NCBI RefSeq assembly: GCF_002506585.1 | Contig: NZ_DAXW01000016.1 | Coordinates: 70,385 to 94,384 of the forward strand | DNA from: Methanoculleus sp. UBA430 | GTDB lineage: Archaea > Halobacteriota > Methanomicrobia > Methanomicrobiales > Methanoculleaceae | Reading direction: 5' to 3' | Length of the DNA: 24,000 bases | Part shown: piece by piece, positions 7,877 through 14,331 of the stretch | Layout: each line of letters opens with the position of its first letter | Numbering within the stretch: position 1 is the first letter of the stretch | Position numbers and translations under genes: made by a program | The notes under the pieces: model-generated | Seen by the model: the letters and a program-made list of their open reading frames with translations, nothing else | Database searches by the model: none | What the model was told of the DNA's origin: nothing

Positions 7877-8229
7877 GATATTCTTCCTTTCTCATTTTCG
7901 CCTTATATCTCTTATCAGATTTTTAATCGCTCATTTATTCCGGCTCCCGGTGCACCCGGACCCCGTAGATGGGCGCCCCCGCGGCCGGCACTGCGACGCG
8001 GACCGCCGGGAACCATGTCGGGTCGGGGAGGCAGCACTGCCCGACGGCTTTTGCGGTCATCGGGAGGCTGAGTGCCGGGACAGCGACGAAGAGACGGATT
8101 CCCGTAGATAATTGGGACCCCTAAGTCGCAAGCATCAACAACCCCCGTCCGCCCCGGTCTCACATCCCCCACGCCGCGTAGGATGAAACTGTTAACCCCC
8201 CGGACGCCCCACATAAAAGGCATTCAGCC

Positions 8230-9138
8230 ATGATCACCTTCCTCTCGGCCGGGCCCGGGGCGCTCCCTCTCATCCGGGGCGCCCGGCAGATCCTCTACGA
8301 TTCCGAGATCGCCGTGGTCGCCTCCACCGCCGGGAACTGCACGGTCTCGGGGAGCCACGTCGCTCCCGAAACTGATACGGCCGTCTACCTCTTTGCCGGC
8401 ATCCTCGATACCGGCCGGTGGTGGGGGATCAAGGGGGACACCTACGCCACCCACAACTACCTCCCGAAGGTCGGGGGCGGCGAGCCCTTCCCGGTCGGCG
8501 ACCGGGCCCGGGCCGTCCAGATCGCCCGGGCGGGACTTCTCTCGCAGGGGATGAGCCTCACGGAGGCGGTCGGGGTCCAGTGCCGGGCGCTCAACATCGG
8601 GGCGACCGTCCTCCCGGCGACCGACGCGGAGGCCTCCGTCCTGGTCGATACCGGGACCGAGCGCCTCCCGCTCTTCACCTACCGGACGGCCGCCGGCAGC
8701 GATACCGAGGTGCGGGAACTCATCCGCACCGGACCCGCTCGCCCTCCGGTCACGGACGAGGTGCGGGCGGCGATCGAGGAAAGCGACGCCGTGGTCATCG
8801 GCCCGGCGAACCCGGCAGCAAGCGTCCTCCCCATCCTCGACTGCGAGGGGATGCGCTCTCTCCTTTGCGATGCCTTCGTCGTCGCGGTCTCGCCGTTCCG
8901 GGGCGACGTCGCGGCTGACCAAAAGGACGCCGCCCTGATGTACGCCGCCGGCGAGAAACCGACATCGCCGGGGGTCTTCCGGCTCTATGGGGACTTCGTC
9001 GACGTCTTCGTCCAGAGCCTCCACGACCCGGACCAGGTCGCGGGCTCGCTCCGCCTCGAGACCCGCCTCCTCCACGAGCGGCAGGCCGAGTCGCTCGCCT
9101 GGGACATCATGGCGGTCATCCGGCAGACGGTTTCGTAA
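8230..9138 (+). CDS. CofD-family paralog (2-phospho-L-lactate transferase-like) with degenerate N-terminal substrate-site motifs
   Basis: The 302-aa ORF is colinear with the downstream CofD, gap-free over at least the first 67 residues. Shared blocks are 'MITFLS', '[15 protein letters not shown]', 'SDAVVIGPANP' and 'VAVSPF'. It reads 'SAGPGALPLI' where the partner has '[10 protein letters not shown]', and 'VVASTAGNCT' where the partner has '[10 protein letters not shown]'. Confidence 0.8.
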   Translation: MITFLSAGPGALPLIRGARQILYDSEIAVVASTAGNCTVSGSHVAPETDTAVYLFAGILDTGRWWGIKGDTYATHNYLPKVGGGEPFPVGDRARAVQIARAGLLSQGMSLTEAVGVQCRALNIGATVLPATDAEASVLVDTGTERLPLFTYRTAAGSDTEVRELIRTGPARPPVTDEVRAAIEESDAVVIGPANPAASVLPILDCEGMRSLLCDAFVVAVSPFRGDVAADQKDAALMYAAGEKPTSPGVFRLYGDFVDVFVQSLHDPDQVAGSLRLETRLLHERQAESLAWDIMAVIRQTVS

Positions 9139-9211
9139 ACCGGGTGCGGTGTACTTCCCGGCATAATTGGTAAATTACATATACGGTTGTACCAGATACG
9201 CTAATTATCAA

Positions 9212-10114
9212 ATGATAACCTTCCTCTCGGGCGGAACCGGGACCCCGAAGCTCCTCCGCGGCATGCAGGAGTTGCTGGACGAGCGGGAGATCGCCGTCGT
9301 CGTCAACACAGCCGAGGACACGTGGCTCTCCGGCAACCACCTCTCACCCGATATCGATACGGTCATGTACCTCTTCGCGGGCATCCTCGATACCGGCCGG
9401 TGGTGGGGGATCCGTGACGATTCCTACATCACTCACGACCTCCTCGCGAGACTCGGCATCGAGGAGTTCATCGCCGTCGGGGACCAGGACCGGGCGGTCC
9501 ACGTTGCGCGCGGGGAGATGCTCCGGAGCGGCGTGCGGCTCACCGAGGCGACCACGACGCTCTGCAGGAGGTTGGGGGTCAAGGCTACCATCCTCCCGAT
9601 GACCGACTCTGTCGTGACGACCTACGTTCGCACCCACCGCGGAGAGATGCACTTCCAGGAGTACTGGGTGAAGCACCGGGGAGACGTGGCGATCGAGGGT
9701 GTCTTTCGGCGGTTCCGGGAGCCGCCCGTCGCGACCGCCGAGGTTATCCGGGCGATCGAGGCGAGCGATGCCGTGGTGGTCGGACCGAGCAACCCGGTCA
9801 CGAGCATATCGCCGATCCTCGAGTGCGCCGGGGTGCGGGAGGCGCTCCGCAACAAGCGCGTCATCGCCGTCAGCCCCTTCATCGGCGACGCGCCGGTCAG
9901 CGGCCCGGCGGCGGCCCTGATGCGGGCCTTCGGAAAAGAGGCCTCATCCGCCGGAACCTGCAGCCTCTACGAGGACTTTGCGGATCTCTTCATCCAGGAT
10001 ATCCGGGACCCGGTCGGGCTTCAAGGGGCTCTCCGCCTGGATACCCTCATGGTCAACCGGGGCAAGAGTCTCGACCTCGCAAAGACCATCCTGACCTTGA
10101 TCTACGGGTGCTGA
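9212..10114 (+). CDS. cofD: LPPG:Fo 2-phospho-L-lactate transferase CofD (coenzyme F420 biosynthesis)
   Basis: It has the canonical '[17 protein letters not shown]', 'VVNTAEDTW', '[11 protein letters not shown]', '[15 protein letters not shown]' and 'AVSPFIG'. I place the start at the ATG at 9212, which parallels the paralog's start. The 15 upstream codons of the track ORF lie in an AT-rich promoter-like spacer. Confidence 0.9.
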   Translation: MITFLSGGTGTPKLLRGMQELLDEREIAVVVNTAEDTWLSGNHLSPDIDTVMYLFAGILDTGRWWGIRDDSYITHDLLARLGIEEFIAVGDQDRAVHVARGEMLRSGVRLTEATTTLCRRLGVKATILPMTDSVVTTYVRTHRGEMHFQEYWVKHRGDVAIEGVFRRFREPPVATAEVIRAIEASDAVVVGPSNPVTSISPILECAGVREALRNKRVIAVSPFIGDAPVSGPAAALMRAFGKEASSAGTCSLYEDFADLFIQDIRDPVGLQGALRLDTLMVNRGKSLDLAKTILTLIYGC

Positions 10115-10119
10115 CCCGA

Positions 10120-10509
10120 TCACTCTTTCTTCTGTTTCTCCCGGTAATCCTCGATCGCCGCGTGGAGGGCATCCGCCGCGAGGTTCGAGCAGTGCATCTT
10201 CTTTGGCGGCAACCCCTCGAGTTCGGTCGCCACATCGTCGCGGGTGATCTTCAGCGCCTCCTCAAGCGTCTTTCCCCTGGCCATGTCGGTCACCATGCTA
10301 CTCGTGGCTATTGCCGATCCGCACCCGAACGTCCTGAACCGGATGTCCTCGATGACGTCGTCCTTGACCTTGATGAAGATCTCCATGATGTCCCCGCAGA
10401 CGGGGTTGCCGACCTTGCCGTAGCCGTCCGGGTTCTCGATCACCCCGACGTTGTGCGGGTTCATGAAGTGCTCCATCACTTTCTGGCTGTAGCCGATCTG
10501 GTCTGCCAT
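10120..10509 (-). CDS. iscU: Fe-S cluster scaffold protein IscU/NifU-N
   Basis: The 129-aa protein begins 'MADQIGYSQKVMEHFMNPHNVG'. Cluster ligands are intact: 'NPVCGD', 'FGCGSAIA', 'KMHCSNLA'. The ATG at 10509 is 13 nt after the iscS stop, and the longer 184-aa track ORF overlaps iscS. Confidence 0.9.
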   Translation of the reverse strand: MADQIGYSQKVMEHFMNPHNVGVIENPDGYGKVGNPVCGDIMEIFIKVKDDVIEDIRFRTFGCGSAIATSSMVTDMARGKTLEEALKITRDDVATELEGLPPKKMHCSNLAADALHAAIEDYREKQKKE

Positions 10510-10522
10510 ACCTCTTACCTCT

Positions 10523-11677
10523 CTATAACGGTGTAATAGCCCGGAGGCGTTTAACTGTTTCTCCGACTGCCCCGACGATTCGTGGCACCTCGTCCATGCT
10601 GTTTCTGCGCCCGAGCGTCGCGACCATCGACCCATGCGCCTCGGCGTGGGCGAGCCCGATGGCGAGGAGGACATGGGAGGCTTCGAGTGTCCTGGAAGTG
10701 CACGCCGACCCGGTGGCGACCGCGATCCCGAGCATGTCCATGGCGAGCTGGATGCTCTCGCCCTCGATCCGGGAGAAGCGGAAACTCGCGTGGTGCGGGA
10801 GGCGCTCTTCCGGGTGGCCGGTCAGGTAAGCCTCCTCGATACCCGTGATCCCGGCAATCAGCCGGTCCCGGATCGCGGCAAGGCGCTTGCTCTCCCCGGC
10901 CATCTCCTCCCCTGCAAGCCGGGCCGCCTCCCCCATACAGGCGATCGCAAAGACGTTCTCGGTCCCGGGCCGGAGGCCGCGCTCCTGCCCGCCCCCGACG
11001 AGGACCGGCTGGACCCGGACACCGGGGCGGATGTAGAGCGCCCCGACCCCGTCCGGTCCGCCGAGCTGGTTTCCGGAGAGGGTGAGAAGGTCGATGCCGT
11101 CACGCTCCACGTCGATCGGTATCCTCCCCGCGGCATCGGTGGCGTCTACGTGGAGGAGCCCGCCCTGTTCGTGGACGATCGCCGACACCTCCCGGATCGG
11201 CTGAATTGTCCCTATCTCATTGTTTGCGTGGTGGATCGATGTGATGACGGTCCCCGGTGTGACCGCCGCTGCGAGGGCATCGAGGTCGATCGTGCCGAAG
11301 CGGTCGACCGGAGCCAGCGTGAGGGCAAACCCGCCCTTCTGGATGTCTTTTGCCGGATTCAGGACCGATATGTGCTCGGTGGCGCTTGCAACGACTCTCT
11401 TCCCGAATTTCCGGTTCCGGAGCGCCGCTCCCCGGATAGCGATGTTGTTCGATTCGGTGGCTCCGCTCGTGAAGATGATCGAGTCCGGGGCGCTCGTGCC
11501 GACGAGCGCTGCCACCCTCTCCCGCGCCGTGGCGACGGCCTCCTGTGCCTGGAGCCCCTCCCGGTAGATCGTGGAGGGGTTGCCGGCAAAGCCGTCCGGA
11601 AACTGCCTGCAGAACCGGGCGACCCCCGGGTGGACCGGCATCGCCGCTGCGTGGTCGAGGTAGATCCGTTCCTCCAT
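10523..11677 (-). CDS. iscS: IscS/NifS-family cysteine desulfurase homolog lacking the PLP-binding lysine
   Basis: It is colinear with E. coli IscS as I recall it: 'IYLDHAA', 'FTSGATESNN', 'ATEH', 'HANNEIGTIQPI', 'HVDAT', 'GGGQERGLRPGTEN', 'GSACTS'. The SGHK motif reads 'SGNQ' (N203 at 11069-11071, Q204 at 11066-11068). I place the start at the ATG at 11677 (MEERIYLDHAA), which avoids overlap with the dsrE-like gene. Confidence 0.85.
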   Translation of the reverse strand: MEERIYLDHAAAMPVHPGVARFCRQFPDGFAGNPSTIYREGLQAQEAVATARERVAALVGTSAPDSIIFTSGATESNNIAIRGAALRNRKFGKRVVASATEHISVLNPAKDIQKGGFALTLAPVDRFGTIDLDALAAAVTPGTVITSIHHANNEIGTIQPIREVSAIVHEQGGLLHVDATDAAGRIPIDVERDGIDLLTLSGNQLGGPDGVGALYIRPGVRVQPVLVGGGQERGLRPGTENVFAIACMGEAARLAGEEMAGESKRLAAIRDRLIAGITGIEEAYLTGHPEERLPHHASFRFSRIEGESIQLAMDMLGIAVATGSACTSRTLEASHVLLAIGLAHAEAHGSMVATLGRRNSMDEVPRIVGAVGETVKRLRAITPL

Positions 11678-11690
11678 CTTCTCCAGCCTC

Positions 11691-12050
11691 TCAGAACGTG
11701 ATGACCGCGTCAGCATCGACCGCAAGATCGTTCAACGTCAGGGCGCCGACGACCTTCCCTTCCTCGATGAAGTCCCCCCGCTCAAGCCCGAGGAGCTGGG
11801 TGCTCTGCTCGCAGATGTAGATCTTTGCCCCCGCGGCGATCGCCTGGTCCCGCATCTCCGAGAGTTTCGGGAAGTTTCCGGCCTGGATCTGCTCTGCTGC
11901 GCCTCTCTTGACGACCGTCACCCCCTTGATCATGAAGTAGATGTCGGCGTCCATGTCCATCGAACGTGCCGTCATTGCGAGAACGAACGGCGCATACAAC
12001 CTCTCCGGGGTGTCGGCGCCGCTCGTCTGGATATACAGTATCCGTGCCAT
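11691..12050 (-). CDS. DsrE/DsrF-family sulfur-relay protein (COG2044-like)
   Basis: The 119-aa ORF has 'ILYIQTSGADTPERLYAPFVLA', 'DADIYFMIKGV' and the conserved Cys80 in 'KIYICEQS'. It sits in tight operon context with the TusA genes. Confidence 0.75.
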   Translation of the reverse strand: MARILYIQTSGADTPERLYAPFVLAMTARSMDMDADIYFMIKGVTVVKRGAAEQIQAGNFPKLSEMRDQAIAAGAKIYICEQSTQLLGLERGDFIEEGKVVGALTLNDLAVDADAVITF

Positions 12051-12055
12051 ACATC

Positions 12056-12286
12056 TCAGCCCCGTTTTTGGATGGAGAAGGTGGTCTTCTCCCCCTCCCT
12101 CTCCTCGCCCAGGATTTCGTGGCCCATCCTCCGTGCCCAGACCCTGACATCCTCCTCTGTGGGCGCGTTGTCCATCTCGACCTTCAGGATGCCACCGCTG
12201 ACGAGCCCGTCCATCCCCTCCTTGAGCAGGGTGATCGGCGCCTGGCAGTAGGCTCCTCTCGCGTCCACGTAGCCGTCGGCGTCCAT
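12056..12286 (-). CDS. tusA: TusA/SirA-like sulfur carrier, copy 3 (variant CQAP motif)
   Basis: The 76-aa ORF reads 'YVDARGAYCQAPITLLKEGM...ILKVEMDNAPTEEDVRVWARRMGHEI', which matches the TusA fold pattern. The Cys is retained, but the first Pro of CPxP is Gln. Confidence 0.75.
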   Translation of the reverse strand: MDADGYVDARGAYCQAPITLLKEGMDGLVSGGILKVEMDNAPTEEDVRVWARRMGHEILGEEREGEKTTFSIQKRG

Positions 12287-12290
12287 CCGC

Positions 12291-12551
12291 TCACCGTGCC
12301 TCTGTCGTGGCCGCCGCTCCCTTGCGCAGGATGAGTGTGGTCACGCCCGAGGCGACGTGCTCCTCCTCGATCGTATGTCCTTTCTCACCGGCCCAGGACC
12401 TGACCGTCTCGACAAGGTCCGGTTTGTCGGTTGTCACCTGCAGGATCTGGCCTGCGTTGAGCACGTCCATCCCGGTCTCGATCGAGAGCATGGGCGACTG
12501 GCAGATGCCCACGCAGCTCACGGTCTTATCCGCATACATCATTCGTATCAC
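12291..12551 (-). CDS. tusA: TusA/SirA-like sulfur carrier, copy 2 (variant CQSP motif)
   Basis: The 86-aa ORF reads 'VSCVGICQSPMLSIETGM...ILQVTTDKPDLVETVRSWAGEKGHTI'. Possible starts are 12551, 12542 or 12539. The first abuts the upstream stop with a 0-nt gap. Confidence 0.7.
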   Translation of the reverse strand: MIRMMYADKTVSCVGICQSPMLSIETGMDVLNAGQILQVTTDKPDLVETVRSWAGEKGHTIEEEHVASGVTTLILRKGAAATTEAR

Positions 12552-12806
12552 CTACTTCATCTTCCGGATGCAGAACCTCATGACCCCGTCATCCTTCTCG
12601 AACTTCACGATCTCATGACCCACCCGGTCTGCCCAGCGCCGGATATCCTCCTCCGCGGCAGGATCGTCTGCCTCGACCATGAGCACCTCTCCGATGTCGA
12701 GCTTCTCGATTGCCTCTTTTGTCATCGTGATCGGCATGGGGCAGTAGAACCCGATACAGTCCACGACCGCCATGGGTTTATCTTTCAGATCCATGTCCGT
12801 TACCAT
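12552..12806 (-). CDS. tusA: TusA/SirA-like sulfur carrier, copy 1 (canonical CPxP)
   Basis: The 84-aa ORF reads 'VVDCIGFYCPMPITMTKEAIEKLDIGEVLMVEADDPAAEEDIRRWADRVGHEIV', a canonical TusA signature. Confidence 0.8.
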   Translation of the reverse strand: MVTDMDLKDKPMAVVDCIGFYCPMPITMTKEAIEKLDIGEVLMVEADDPAAEEDIRRWADRVGHEIVKFEKDDGVMRFCIRKMK

Positions 12807-12887
12807 CCGTTGTGGGGCGCGTGGGAACCCGGGTGCCGTGACGTGTCAACGGTACACTCCCGGTTGCACCGGATCATGCACCCTCCC

Positions 12888-12893
12888 TTATAA
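12888..12893 (-). promoter_or_regulatory. TATA-like box (TTATAA) for the tusA-dsrE-iscSU operon
   Basis: This is the only AT-rich hexamer in the 12807-12900 spacer, about 82-87 nt upstream of the ATG at 12806. It lies 8 bp from the left IS target duplication. Confidence 0.3.
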
Positions 12894-12900
12894 GCGTTCC

Positions 12901-12908
12901 TCCGGAGG
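12901..12908. repeat. Target-site duplication, left copy (TCCGGAGG)
   Basis: It is identical to the 8-mer at 13947-13954 and directly abuts IR-L. Confidence 0.75.
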
Positions 12909-13946
12909 TGCAGTGTTGCATAACTCTGCTTCTTCGACCCAAACAGAAAAGGTGCCGGACGTCCCTTCCGCCCCTTCATGCCAAGAACCGAACGTTGGGG
13001 ACGCCCGTACCCTGACAATCGCGACTGGAGTATATATAATACACTCCTGGTCAAGCGCGGCGAGTTTTACCTTTCTTTGGACTTCATTGATCGGTGGGAT
13101 GAGCATCTCTCCCAGATGAACGCCGGCAAGCGTGGTCGGCCGTTTCAGTATCCTGAGTCATTCATTGCGTGGATGGTCGGGATTCACACCTTCCTGCAGA
13201 TGCCCTACCGCCAGATGGAAGGATTTGTCCGGAGACTCGCAGCATTCATTCCCGGCCTCAAAGCAGCCGATTATACCACGCTCTTCCGCCGGATCCAGCG
13301 TCTCGATCTCTCGTTACCGGTTGTTCCCGAGCTCCTCGGTGAGGATATCATCGTCGCCGCGGATAGCACCGGGATCAAGGTCACGAACCGGGGGGAGTGG
13401 ATGCGCGAGAAGTGGCGGGTCAGCCGCGGTTGGATCAAACTGCACGCCATGATCGACGTCGAGACCAACCAGGCTCTCGGACTGGAGATCACCGATGAAT
13501 CCGTACAGGATGACCAGATGTTCATCCCGCTCCTCGACCAAACCCAGCAGCACGGGAGCGAGGAACATCCGGTGTACCGGGTGCTCGCCGATGGCGCCTA
13601 CGACCGGAACGAACTCTTCAACACCCTCGAACAGCGGAGGATCGCCTCCGGCATCAAGACTCGGGTTGATGCCGCGACGCATTCGACCGGGTCGCCCTAT
13701 CGGGCTGAATGTGTTCGAGACCGAAACCGATGGGGCGGATATCCGAGGTGGTCGCGGGTAGTCACGTATGGTATGCGGTGGAAGGTCGAAGGGTTCTTCT
13801 CCGGCTTCAAACGGATCTTCGGGGAAGGAGTACAGGCGACATCGCAGGAGGGCATGTTTCGTGAAATCCGGATGAAGGTGAACTGCTATAATAGAATGCT
13901 GGCTCTGGCAGGAGGACAAGCATCATAGGGATTATGCAACACAGCA
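12909..13946 (+). mobile_element. Intact IS element (1038 bp), IS5 family (ISH1-group-like), with a single DDE transposase
   Basis: IR-L at 12909-12923 is 'tgcagtgttgcataa'. The reverse complement of IR-R at 13932-13946 is 'tgctgtgttgcataa', a 14/15 match. The element is flanked by an 8-bp direct repeat and holds one 316-aa transposase ORF. As I recall, this size and an 8-bp duplication fit the IS5/ISH1 group. Confidence 0.85.
12978..13928 (+). CDS. DDE transposase (IS5/IS4 superfamily)
   Basis: The N-terminus 'WSIYNTLLVKRGEFYL...GKRGRPFQYPESFI...LQMPYRQMEGFVRRL...ADYTTLFRR' resembles IS903/IS5-type transposases. Candidate DDE residues are in 'VAADSTGIKV', 'VLADGAYD' and 'RWKVEGFFSGFKR' (E followed by K seven residues later). 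Confidence 0.9.
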   Translation: MPRTERWGRPYPDNRDWSIYNTLLVKRGEFYLSLDFIDRWDEHLSQMNAGKRGRPFQYPESFIAWMVGIHTFLQMPYRQMEGFVRRLAAFIPGLKAADYTTLFRRIQRLDLSLPVVPELLGEDIIVAADSTGIKVTNRGEWMREKWRVSRGWIKLHAMIDVETNQALGLEITDESVQDDQMFIPLLDQTQQHGSEEHPVYRVLADGAYDRNELFNTLEQRRIASGIKTRVDAATHSTGSPYRAECVRDRNRWGGYPRWSRVVTYGMRWKVEGFFSGFKRIFGEGVQATSQEGMFREIRMKVNCYNRMLALAGGQAS

Positions 13947-13954
13947 TCCGGAGG
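13947..13954. repeat. Target-site duplication, right copy (TCCGGAGG)
   Basis: It is identical to 12901-12908 and directly abuts IR-R. Confidence 0.75.
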
Positions 13955-14282
13955 GGCGTCGACAGGAGGGGATGGGGTCGGCCGGCCCCGGAGGCTCCGG
14001 GAGTCCGACTCCGTGTTCTGCCGTCATGTATCAGCCGGAGAAGACCGATCTCCCCGGTGCGGCGGTCGGGCTCTGTGGGCGCGCACCGTCGCTCTCCCTG
14101 CAGATCCGCAAGAGTTTCCTATCTGGACGGTTCTATCGCCGATTTCTGTTCAGGCTCTTTTGCAGGAGAAGACCGGCGACCTCGATCGTCGTTGCGGTCG
14201 TCCTGGAGCACCGGGGAAACCCTTATTTTTTCGGTTATTTTGCCATTTGCCTGCACATTTTATCTCTAATGGCATATTGGGT

Positions 14283-14331
14283 GAAAATTTTGCTCCGTTC
14301 TCAAATTGTGCTTGTTATTACCGAAAATTTT
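14283..14331. promoter_or_regulatory. AT-rich pdaD promoter region with two copies of GAAAATTTT (14283-14291 and 14323-14331)
   Basis: Read directly. AAAATTTT is self-complementary. The second copy runs into 'ttttaaaaaa', about 25-35 nt before the pdaD ATG, and is a likely TATA box for a short-leader transcript. Confidence 0.3.

Noticed and set aside
7962-8109. A 9-bp direct repeat 'cccgtagat' (7962-7970 and 8101-8109)
   Set aside because: A single 9-mer recurring within about 300 bp has a chance probability of roughly 0.1-0.2, and the flanking bases differ. It is not significant.
8224-9075. A 283-aa minus-strand ORF
   Set aside because: It is antisense to the CofD paralog, whose coding status is supported by colinearity with the canonical CofD next door.
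10634-11701. A 355-aa plus-strand ORF
   Set aside because: It is antisense to the IscS homolog, which shows end-to-end family similarity. This is a shadow ORF.
12899-13956. A longer (about 23-25 bp) imperfect inverted-repeat reading of the IS ends that includes 'tccgga'
   Set aside because: TCCGGA is self-complementary, so the apparent extension of the repeat is really the 8-bp direct target duplication. The model of a 15-bp inverted repeat plus an 8-bp duplication needs no indel.
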